Shown: positions 34,394 to 45,449 of the stretch, in pieces
Numbering within the stretch: position 1 is the stretch's first letter
Layout of the letters: every line of letters begins with the position of its first letter
DNA from: Saccostrea echinata
Taxonomy: Eukaryota
Length of the DNA stretch: 64,000 bases
Assembly (NCBI RefSeq): GCF_033153115.1
Contig: NW_026889805.1
Span: forward strand, 7,812,001-7,876,000
Reading direction: 5' to 3'
Translations under genes and position numbers: made by a program
Notes under the pieces: generated by a model
What the model was told of the DNA's origin: nothing
The model's input: the letters and a program-made list of their open reading frames with translations, nothing else
Databases searched by the model: none

Positions 34394-34569
34394 CAGTAAA
34401 ACATGCTTACAGCAAACATGCTTATATCAAATTGACACTTACAGTGAAGTAATTTTATTCATTGTGACTTTGAAACATATTGTAAACTTATTAATGGCTA
34501 TAAGGAATAACACTTATAATGAAGAAATATTGTCCGTCCCTGGCTCTTCAATATAAGCGTGTTTTACTG
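34394..34569. mobile_element. TA-flanked MITE in the probable NEK 3' UTR
   Basis: TA|CAGTAAAACATGCTTA ... TAAGCGTGTTTTACTG|TA (15/16 TIR match). Confidence 0.8.
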
Positions 34570-35279
34570 TACTGTACACTTGAACCATGTTAAATACTTA
34601 TCAGATACAGTATAAAATGAAGTTGTGAAATTTTAAAGTATGCCAGTATTTTTTTTTTTTGTTGACTTTCATCATAACTAGAAAATCCATTTTACAAAAG
34701 AATTGTCAAATCAAGTGGTAGCTTTTCATGTTTATTTCTTAATAGATCTGTGGTTGGAGTTCTGTGTGAAAACTTGTCATAGGGCATTAAATTTACAGAC
34801 TTAACAATCAGTAATTTATCAGTGTCAATTAAGTCTTCACAGAGGCCATAAGTGGAGTGTAAACTGTTAAATTAATATTTATATATATTGATTTTGAATG
34901 ATATTTTGTGATTTACACAGAATCTGAAGTATTTTTTTAAAAAGTGTTCAAGAAAGCTTCAGTTGTTTATTTCAAATTTTAAAGTTGTTGCATTGTGCAA
35001 TGTTTGAGTGTAAGAGAGTGAGTGATGAAATGGTGGCCGGCCATCATCTGATAACAAATAAAGATGTTCTATCAAAGAAATCCTATTTATGTAATACATT
35101 ATATTAAGTGTTTGTTAATTAGTAAAAGAATATGACTAAGTTTTGTGTGTGATATTGTCTTGGTGTTTTGTTTCAATATAATGACTGTGATGTTTGTTTG
35201 GTTGTAATAGAAAATATCAAGAGACACATTTTATCATGGATACATACTGTATTAATGAGAAATGAAATCCTGCATTTTA

Positions 35280-35310
<31 letters not shown>

Positions 35311-36842
35311 TTCTTCTGCACATGTATTATATTTATTTCAAAACACATTAAAAATTGTTTAATCCAGACACCACTGGTTTTATAGAAATTAGCCAAAATT
35401 CAGACAGCATTCTGGATTAGACAACATTTTAAACAGTGTATTTACTGAATTTCATCATAATAAGCAATATTTCAGAATACACAACATTCGAAATTCACAA
35501 CATCTGGATTAAACAAGTTTTACTGTACTATCTCCACCTCAGGCTAGAGTGTAAAGCTTTAATATACATGTGTACTCAATTCCATGTGTGCTTTTTAAAA
35601 AAATCATTGAATGAACATTAAATGTTGATTTATTATTAAGGTCAAGGTACAGGTTGTAAACTCATTATTTCTTAACATTTTGTTTACTGAGAAATTAAGA
35701 TACACCAAGTTAATCCAAATGAATGCCAATCTTGTATGTGCTCTTTCATTATACACCACTCTATTGAAATCTCAGGGCCCACACAAGAATTAGTAATGAA
35801 AAAGAACCTGATTGATTATCCTCCGCTATCTATTACAGACATTACTCACCAGTAATCCTTCATTTCTGCTTTAAACAGAACACTTAGATACTAAGGACAT
35901 CCATTGAGAGCATAATAGACATAAACAATAAGTATTTTATTGCAGTTGTTGATAATTTTTTATTATTCAGATGTGAAACTGCTTGATAAAATTAATATTC
36001 ATTTGTTGCGATACATTATCATGTTTTTAGTAATTATTTCATTTATGTACATGTACATAGTCTGCCGTGTTTTTTGCTTCATGTGCTTTTTATGGGAGAA
36101 TTCCGTCCACGTTGTTTTAGGTCAACCATCACTTCCATTTTCCTTCTGTCTATTTAATTTTAAGGCACAAAATGAAAATTTTCTTGTTTGAGTTGCACAA
36201 TTTGGGGGCCCTTATCTCAAAAAAAAATCTTACGACTAAGATTAAAAATTGATAACTGCGTAATTTTTTGTTCAATAATTTTTTTTTTTTTTTTTGTAAA
36301 ATATTTACAATGTTATATAATTAAATAGAAATATAAGATTTTGGGTGACTTACTACAACTAAGATACTACTTAGAGAAAGGGAAAATATTTATCCTAGTT
36401 CTAAGATTTTTTGTGAAAATGAATTAAAAAGCACAGAAACTGAATAGCAGTTACTTTTACTGTCTCAAGATCTAAACCCATCTCCACAGTCATTTAATAC
36501 CTGTATTACTGAAATCTAACTCTGTACAGTATTGCTATAGAAATTATCCTCTTTTTTTCTTTTTTTTAAGCTTAGTTTCTTATGGCATTTTTGATCTTAG
36601 CTAATCATTTGACAGTATCCTGGTCTTTTGTAGATTTTAGAGACCAGAGAAACATTCCAAACTATATTTTAAATTATGTAAATAGTACTTAATTTATTGA
36701 CAAAATGTGCCACACATTCATCAATGTTGAATAATCATGGTAAATAAACAGTTACCATCCACAAAGCTTTCTTTTGTCATCAGTACACAAATATGCCAAC
36801 TTAGAATAAATTGTTAATACATTGTACTTGTGTGGCAATAAT

Positions 36843-37897
36843 TTGTACCTCATGATCACCTCAACGAAGTTTGGGAAGCTTATGCAATACCCTCAGCGCC
36901 CCAGGTTAAAGTTTCTGAAGCAGACCTCTTTCAAGTACTGCTATGCCCCATATTGATCAGAAATACATGGATGCTGCATTTTCACCAGAGAATGACCGGG
37001 TTGTTTTGGAGCAGGTTAAAGTTTTTGAGTAGGACAACTATAAGCCCTATATATATTGACCAAACTTGCAGAGATGATGTATCTAAGGATGCATACTACC
37101 AGACTTGCTTTGATGCTAGATCTTACCTATATTTTTTGGTCAGATCTAGTTGGATGAGTGAACAATTTTAAGTTTTTGGAGCTGGTTCATTCTAAAGGAA
37201 CTATAATTTAGACCAAACCTTGATGGATGATACATTACCAACTTGCTTCAGATGCTGGATTTGACCTACAATGTACATTTTCCAGACTAGTGACCTGGTT
37301 AAGTTTTTGGAGCAAGTATTGATTCCAGTATAAATTTGATTCATGCCTACCTGGACCAAACCTTGACAGATGATGCATCTTGGGTCGCACACTACCAGAC
37401 TAGCTTCAGATGCTGGATTTGACCTCCATTTTTGGGATAAGTGACAAAATTAACGTTTTCAAGCAGGTTCATTCCAGCTTAATATCAAGCCCTTTATAGA
37501 GCAAACTTGTATTGATGATACTTCTAAGGATGCATGCTACCAGACTTGCTTTGGATGCTGGATCTGACGTACGCTTTCGCAATGAGTGACCAGGTTCAAG
37601 TTTTGGAGCTGATCCATTCCCAAGTAACTTTAGGGCCTACCTAGACCAAACATGTATGGATGATGCATCAAAGGATGCGCACTAACAGACTTGTTTTGTA
37701 TGATAGATATGACCTGCATTTTCTGGATGAGTGACCAGTTAAGAGTTTTTAGAACAAGTCCATTCCCAGGAACTGCAAGTCTTACCTGGACCAAAATTGC
37801 ATAAATGTTGCATCTAGGGATCGATGCACACTACTAGATTATTAGTGTGGGACTTTGCTTTACTTTAAGATAATATTTGTTGAGGTGTGCTCTTGTT
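36843..37897 (-). mobile_element. HINE-like element with ~120-bp tandem units
   Basis: Ends CTCTTGTT (reverse complement of AACAAGAG). Repeated GACCAAACTTG...GATGATGCATC...ACTACCAGACTTGCTT blocks. Confidence 0.65.
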
Positions 37898-39371
37898 AAA
37901 TCTTTACCTGTTTCTCTTACAAATCAAAACTTGGGACTAAAGTGGACAGATCACACGAATATATACATGTACTTTACAGAATTTAATTAGCAGGACTCGG
38001 TATAATTATGCTTTGAGGCAAAATTGCTTGAAATTGGCTCTGTGTTTCCAGAGATGTGGCTATGTTTCCAGTGAAGTTGAAAATGTGAAAGTTTTGTAAG
38101 ATATATGAATATATATACATGTATACAGAGAGAGAGAGATGCCATGAACATTTGTGGAATTAGAATGGACACAAAACCATGGCTTACAATGATGCAATTT
38201 TTCAGACTCATAATATCCAGTCTGGTGATACATAATATCAGGGTGCATCACTTAAGCCTTCTACCTGTATGTGAAATCCAAATTATGAATAACCCTTTCA
38301 AAGTACAGACAAATAAATATGTTCCAGTTTTATATGCTTGTTTCACATACCAGTAGCTATAGATTTCCCAAGTTTAACTCCATCTGCACACATTCTTAAT
38401 GATGATTACTTTCTTGATGACATCTTCCTAGGTGAAGTAAACATTAAGTTACTATGACTGGGTGCAACTATAACTAAACCACAAGTATCAAACTGTTCTT
38501 TTGATGATACTGAAATTAAGTGAAGTAAACTTAACCTGGAAGTGTGATTAGTTGTTTAAATTTACCAAGAACCAGTAGCTGATTTCTTAATTTTTTCTTT
38601 AACAGCAAAAGGTGAACAACACTGCAATCTAATTACACAAGTGTGTAGTGGTGTACTAGCTGATCTAACATGTAAAAGATTGACAACAGTAGAACTTCTG
38701 TAGAGGATCTTGGATTATTATGATAATTATGCTTCAAGTAAAAGGTCTCAACAAACCATATGATCACACACAGAAAAATTTATTGTTTTTCGATTCAATC
38801 AATTTCTCAAAATCATATATACCAACAAAGGCATTGAATATACTATGTAGTATAAGTTAATTATTGTGCCTACTATTATCATATTATACTTCTTGTTGTA
38901 TCTATGTAAGCACATTAATACTTTAAAGTTTAAACCTGGTATTTCAACACATATATCCAACTTTTCAGATTTCATAGCAGAAGCTAGCTGCAAAAAAATA
39001 AGTTGAGAAGTTTGACAACATTTTCATGGTTGATATCAGTCATATATTATTTGTGAAGGACAGCTTGTCAGTCAAGAAAAAAATTATGTTCAAAAATTGA
39101 TCCAAGAGCTCAGTCAATCTCAGCAGTGTATAAACCATAAGTAAAAATATATCACAAATATGAACAATTCATAAATAATCACAATTAGTGCACAAATTAA
39201 GTATCATACATGTATACGACATTTTAAAAACAAATTATTCTATACAGTATATGTGTATTATCTTGCATATTTGAACTAGTTTGTACTACATGTATATCTC
39301 CAAGGTGAAATGTTTACTTCTTTTTTTTCAATCACTAATTCTGACCAACATTAAAAATGGATGATCAGCTT

Positions 39372-41752
39372 TCACAAATGAAAATGTGCAAAAAATGGTT
39401 CTAAAACAAACATGCAGTTCTCTTTTGACAGCCAGTAATAGGCCAGAAGTTTGAACTCCAGGGCTCCCAGGATCATTCCAAACACTACATCGCTGAAATA
39501 ATGTCTACCAAGGAGAAGTCGGGATAAGGAAACCACAAGTGCCCAAAGGACAACCAGTCCAAGTATAGGGGCCTCTAAATTTGCTTTCTCTGAGGAGAAG
39601 TAAGCTAGCATGATAGCCCTGGAACAATGACCTGATGGGAAGGAGTAGTTATCGACTGAGACCGTAGCAAACATATCAGATTTGTTAAGTGCTGGTCGTT
39701 CTCGCTGAACAAGCATCTTCAGTACAGCAATAATAATAAGATCTCCTATCAGTCCTGGAAAAGAATATGTTAGGAATTTATACATGTGTAAATTTTAAAA
39801 ATAAAGTGTGACAATAAAAATAAATAAATTTTGAAGAAATAACAAAATCAAGCACATAGTATTGGGGGGTTGGGGGGGGGGGGATTGGCCCTGCATATTT
39901 TTTTTGAAGAATACTTTTTGCTGTGTCAAATTAAGAAAGGAAATTTTCATTCAAAGGCCTGTTGCCTCTTCCTCCTTTCATTTGGTCAGAAAGAGAGAGA
40001 CCTTCTACCACCCCATCGTCGGAAACCCACGGTCGGTCTCGCTTCTCTTACCTCGAGGTAAGAGAAGCGAGACCCACCGTGGGTTTCCGATGATGCTACC
40101 ACCCCTGTCTAACAGTAATATTTTTTTGTGCAATATATGATAATGAATTTCTGACCATGGCCTTTGACATTTTTACCTCGCAATCAATCAGGTTTTTCTT
40201 CTAGTCAATGGGAGTTCTGATGTAAAATTCTACTGCAAAACTAAAGACCATGCAAATTTTCAATATTTATAATTTAATATGTTTTCTTCATATTTTGTAC
40301 TGTTTTATGGCTGGACCTAGAATCAGGTGCTCTAACCATTGAGCTATCCATGGTCAATATAGCCAAAACGACAATATTCCCTCCTCCTTCAAGAGTCTTT
40401 GCCCTCAAAGACCACAACCCAATCTATATTCTCTAGATTACTTTCATCTGCAAGTTTAGGAGTGGTCAACAGCACCAAATGAAAACAAGGAGGAAAATTT
40501 ATGGCTGGATTGGGAATCAAACATAGAACCCCTGCCTACTAATCAGGTGTTCTAAGCAATGAGTTATCAGTTTATATCTGATCTGGGTTATCATATCCCC
40601 AATAGGCTATTATAGTACATGTAATGCTTATAGCCAAAACTGAATGGGTATATAAACCATTTAAGAAATTAGTCCCATCCTGTTTTGGCTGAGAGTATAT
40701 ATGATTTTTTTTTTAAATGTGGTAACTTTTTTTAACACTCAGTAAGCTAGTTTAACTGTGTCTCTGGACAATTAAGCCCTCACTTCAGTTAGAAATGTCC
40801 CACACAGTTACAATAGAGCAACTAGCAAAATGCATGGAGCGAATCTGCTCCAACACAATTTTGGAGAATGCAAAAGGAGATGCACTGAAAATAACTACCA
40901 AATTAAAAATAACCACCAAATTAGTATATCTTTTTGAGCTTAAACATGTCTTCTACCCCCAAAAATAATCCATATTAAGCAAAAATTCAACATATTATCT
41001 CAATTTTTTTAGTGCTTCAAATTTACACACTATGTTATCATATTTTAGCTTTCTGAGAGCCTAAATAAAAATTATCCGCCTTTGTTTTGTTTTGCTATGC
41101 CAACATACAGAACAAATTCTATTGTTAAACAGTGGGTCCATGGAACAGTATCATTTCAAAGATTATAATGTAATTCTACCTATAGGGAACAAGTCTCAGT
41201 CCTTATGACCAGAAAATGTATATATGTCATTATGTACATGTTTAAAAATATATTTGGAGTGTTTTAGCTTCAAATTTTTGGACTTGGTCGTAGTTTGCAA
41301 GTAATTTTTTGTTGCTGTAAGGGTTCTTTTGCCGAATTAGAAAAAAAAAACAGCTTCAGTCCAAATGAAATGATAGGAGCTATATAACTTTCATGACTCT
41401 GCAGTCTAAAGTCTTCAAGAAATCAAACTGCACAGAGTATTGAATTCTTACCTATTAATAAGTTCATAAGGATTTCTAAATGTTCATGCTTATGAACAGA
41501 CAAAAGCAAACCAACAGTTCCTAATAACCACGGAATCCCGTGACATGAAATTTCCAGGACTTTCATCAGGGGTCTTAAACTTCCCAGTTGAGAGTTTGGT
41601 CGGGCACAAATACTGCATTTCTGAGTCAACTGGTAATCTATTGATGAGATCGATCGACCAAAAGAGTCCATGGATTTCATTATTTTTACATCGGGGGTGT
41701 CTTTCCTATGCCCTCCATTTGGTCGCCTTTTTCTTCGTTGAATGGCTGACAT
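39372..41752 (-). CDS. PLPP6: PAP2-family lipid phosphatase, PLPP6/PLPP7 (PPAPDC2/3) type, ~227 aa
   Basis: Exons 41752-41452 and 39754-39372 with a phase-1 GT-AG intron. LEISCHGIPWL plus PAP2 motifs KMLVQRERP, YSFPSGH and SRLLLGRHYFSDV. Confidence 0.88.
40014..40095. mobile_element. 82-bp spacerless palindromic mini-element with 9-bp TSD CTACCACCC
   Basis: 41-bp arms with 2 mismatches. TSD at 40005-40013 and 40096-40104. Confidence 0.85.
40305..40570 (-). mobile_element. tRNA-derived SINE remnants (tandem)
   Basis: Two CAGGTGYTCTAA-CA-TGAGYTATC heads plus a GTCTTTGCCCTCAAAGAC body shared with ~27560. Confidence 0.5.
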
Positions 41753-42223
41753 CTTGGTTAAATAGGCTGAATAAGTAATTTGAAAAATGAAGTCATTTGC
41801 AGTAATCTATCCTACATTCACCTATAATCAGCGTGCCGCTTTTAAATGCGGAAATGGAAATTGGAATTGTGGGATATGCTACTATTTATACACTTTTGTT
41901 TATATTAGTTACAAAGAGCAAACTTCACTTATGCTGCTATATTCATGATATTACAATAAATACTTCAAAAATAAGAAAATAATGGTATTTTTGCAAAATT
42001 TACAATCTTCTCGGTAGAATATCTAACCAATCCATAACCAACCAATAACATTATCTAACGTCTGTGTCGTCACAATATTGAGCGCAAGGTATTTCGGGAA
42101 GCGGGAAAATACAATCAACAAACGGGCGCAAACATTCTGCGACGGGCTCATTTGTTATTTGCAGCTAGTTCGTTTGAAAGAATTAGCATTGATATATTGA
42201 AAATCTTACAACAAAAGTTTAAA
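41753..42223. promoter_or_regulatory. Probable bidirectional promoter between PLPP6/7 and FAM78
   Basis: Divergent start codons ~470 bp apart. CpG-richer island with GCGGAAAT (ETS-like) and CCAAT motifs. Confidence 0.55.
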
Positions 42224-45118
42224 ATGGAGATGGATCAAGCAATGGGCATAAATACTTCGGAAGCATGGTGTAAACAAACTGCTATAGGCACGGAAAACTC
42301 TAAAGAAGTTCACCAAAAAATTCGAGTTCTCAACTTTCATGCCAAGATAGATAAACAACCAACCTCAATTGACGAAAGCTCAGCATCTGTGCTGAAGTAC
42401 AGAACACCAAATTTTAGGTAACTACGTACAGCTTTATAATACTGTTCTAAAAAAAATATCTATGCTTATATTATTTTAAAATTAACTGTGCTAGAAACTG
42501 AGAAAGATGAAGTAACTAAGCCTATATTACAATAGGGACATACTTCCCAATATGCGATGCAATACATCTAGCTATTCTACTAGAAATTCTGAAAATTATG
42601 ATATTCCAAAATGTAGATTACAGACTTGTAAGTCATCGTTTATTCCTACTGTAGTTAATGAATGGAACTCATTACCACTTGAAAATAGAAACTTACAACT
42701 GTTGTCAAATTTTAAATCTAAAATAAGTATTAAAAAATCTGCCCCACCATTATACTTTGAATATGGTAACAGGCGACTGAATGTTCTCCAGACCAGACTT
42801 CGACATAATTGTGCATTAAATATTGACCTCTACAGATGTAATTTAATCTCAAGTCCTTTATGCTCATGTGGCAAAAAAGAAGATTCGTATCATTATTTTT
42901 TATATGTCCAAAATATAAAGAAGCCAGAAAGGAATTTCTTGATAAATTTTTATTATTTGATAAAATTCACATTTTAGATACACATGTTTTATTATTGGGG
43001 ATAGATTCATTGAGTGCTGTGGAGAATGAACGTCTTTTCTGTATTGTTCAAACTTTTACTAAACATTCTGGCAGATTTACATGTTAGTATTAGTATTATT
43101 ATAAATATATTTATTTATATATACAAATATATACAAAATTATATGTATGATTTTTAAAAATGCATTGATTTGTAAATTTCACTAATATTGAATATTTTGA
43201 ATGTACATATTTAACTGTGACCTAATTTAATTTAATTTAATTTTTGTAATTTACATGTAGGGAGAGGGCGAAATAAGTTTTTAGAACTTGTGCCCAATCC
43301 CTTTGTAATTAGAAACTACAATAAAATATGTTCAAACCATAGGGGCATTACACATGTCATAGACGTACATGTTTATGCACATGATTACTAGGGAAAGGAA
43401 AAGTGAAAGAAGCCCATGCATTTTACAGTGCATGTTATATCGTAGATACTAATAAAAATTTAACAGTAACATAGTACGGTAGTATGCATGGATCCCCTCT
43501 GGGGTTTTCAGATTTGTACGGTAAAGTAAGAAAAAGATGACCTTGGACCCCTAGAAAACATGGAAACACACCCCCAACCCTGAAAACATGGACCCTTGAT
43601 AAAATGTAAGGAGAGTCATTAATATATAGAAGGAAATCAACCTTTCCTAACCCTAACCCCCATCCTGAAAAAAATTTCAAATTCCTGGATCCACGCATGG
43701 GTTTTCAATAATCAGATAATCACGTAATAAAAATATTGTTTCAATTAAAAATCTGTTCACGAATCTCAAATAGTGTACAGCAATCATATATTATTCCATG
43801 AGATTTTTTGAAGTTGATTATAAATCTTCATGTACATTAATGTTTGGAAAAATGTTAAATTATTGTAGAGTCACTGCAACGATAGAGATGTCACCAATGA
43901 ATGACACACAAATGTGGAAAGTAGGCTGGATCCAAGCATGCACAGATATGATGTTTCACAACACTTATGATGAAGGATAGTAAGTATCAGATATACAAGT
44001 CTTTCTGTTTTTATAACTTTACCATGATATATTTAACTTTAACTCCATCAGGCAAAATTAATTTTAGGGCTGGGCAATAATACCGATATTCTGGTATATT
44101 GCGGTATGTTGACAAAAAATATCATATTGCAATACGTTTTTGTAATACCGATATACCGACAAAATGCATGGACTCGGGCATTCTATTATAAAATATAAAG
44201 AAAAGTTGTCAGAAAGGTTTGCGATCATGCCAAACAGTAAGACAAAAGCTGTTGTATTGGTGTATTTAGTTGCATAACTGTAATTCAATCAAGAAGATAT
44301 CTTTTATTGGTTATTTATCATAGTTATGTACATTTCACGTGAAAGGAAGTTAATATAATATTTTTGTTGGAAATATTGCAATGCATATTGCAGTTAAAAA
44401 TATCGCAATATATTGCATTACGAAGTCTCTAGCCAATACCCATCCCTAATTAATTTTCTGTGTAAAATAATTAAGCTCATAACCTCTGTATTGTCCTAAG
44501 ATGTAATATATTTATTCTCTCCTTTCAAGTACAAGTTGGGAGTTTCCAGAACTGACCAGTGGTCAGCAGTCCATGATCAGTGATTGTGATGGCCATCATT
44601 ATCCATGGTATGGCTCTCGTAATGAGACTGTAATTTTTGAGGGGCCATGCAAGATGTACCAGTCAGCCACCATTGCAATGAATGACAACTTTCATCCTCA
44701 TGTAACCTGGAGAAATCCAGCCAATCGCAATCAAGTTGAACCAAATCTAACTCATATCTGCAGAGATCAGTCATTTTATGTCTGGCTGGTAGCCTGGAAC
44801 ATGTCTGACCACAAGGCCTACATTCTGAAAACCGTGCGATGGAATATGAGTCTAGAAATAGCAGTGGATCCCACAAAACCACTGGGTCAAAGAGCCAAGC
44901 TGATCAGTAATCCAATGCCAAAGCAACCAGATGTGTTGGAGAACAAAATCCCTATACCAAGATGTGCCTTGATGCCTCCAAACGCAAATAGTGCACAGTT
45001 GCTGGTCTGGCGACCAAAGAATGGACCTGAAGTTCTCATTATTCCTCCTGTTTGGAAAAAAGATAAACCACTGGAAGATCAAGTCATTCGCTTTGATAGC
45101 AAGCTCTGTAAACTGTAA
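42224..45118 (+). CDS. FAM78: FAM78-family protein (~297 aa; alternative start MGINTS at 42242)
   Basis: Exons 42224-42417, 43869-43979, 44530-45118 with phases 2/2. Motifs IDESSASVLKYRTPNFR, WKVGWIQACTDMMFHN, SWEFPEL, ISDCDGHHYPWYG, MNDNFHPHVTW, RDQSF and PPNANSAQLLVWRP are typical of FAM78A/B. Confidence 0.9.
42480..43337 (+). mobile_element. 5'-truncated CR1-clade LINE 3' end (frameshifted) in FAM78 intron 1
   Basis: ORFs 42552..42977 and 42860..43087 give SSFIPTVVNEWNSLP, TRLRHNCALN, CSCG..ED..H.FF.CP.Y, LLLG and SGRF, the post-RT C-terminal region of CR1-like ORF2. 3' stem-loop plus AATAAA tail at ~43260-43337. Confidence 0.8.
43483..43699. mobile_element. Small MITE with (C)ATGC..GGATCC termini
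   Basis: TATGCATGGATCC ... GGATCCACGCATG imperfect TIRs; TSD unclear. Confidence 0.55.
44065..44448. mobile_element. hAT-type MITE with 8-bp TSD ATTAATTT
   Basis: TAGGGCTGGG ... CCCATCCCTA termini. ATTAATTT at 44057-44064 and 44449-44456. Confidence 0.85.
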
Positions 45119-45449
45119 AGCCAACTTGGGACACTAGTGCAATATTTGGTCTGTGATATTCAAAGTGCCAAAGCAATTTTTTTTCTACAGCATATTTTTT
45201 TTTTACTTATTTTTCACCTTAAAATTTTAATAAAGTAGCAAATAAATAAACTTTTTGTAACAACATGTCAACTGATGTGTTTGTTTTATTACAAAGATAT
45301 ACAGTGTGTTAATCTGCTATTGTTCATGGCAAAAGATCCTCTGAATTGAAAGATATACAGTTGTAACAGAAAAACACTTCTAGTAGGATTCATTTTGGTC
45401 TTTAGAGTTAGTTCATCATAGTTATTCAAAAAAAAGAAGTTGTCCTCTC

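Noticed and set aside
42552-43087. Host gene nested in the FAM78 intron
   Set aside because: Frameshifted C-terminal fragment of a CR1-like LINE ORF2 with its 3' tail.
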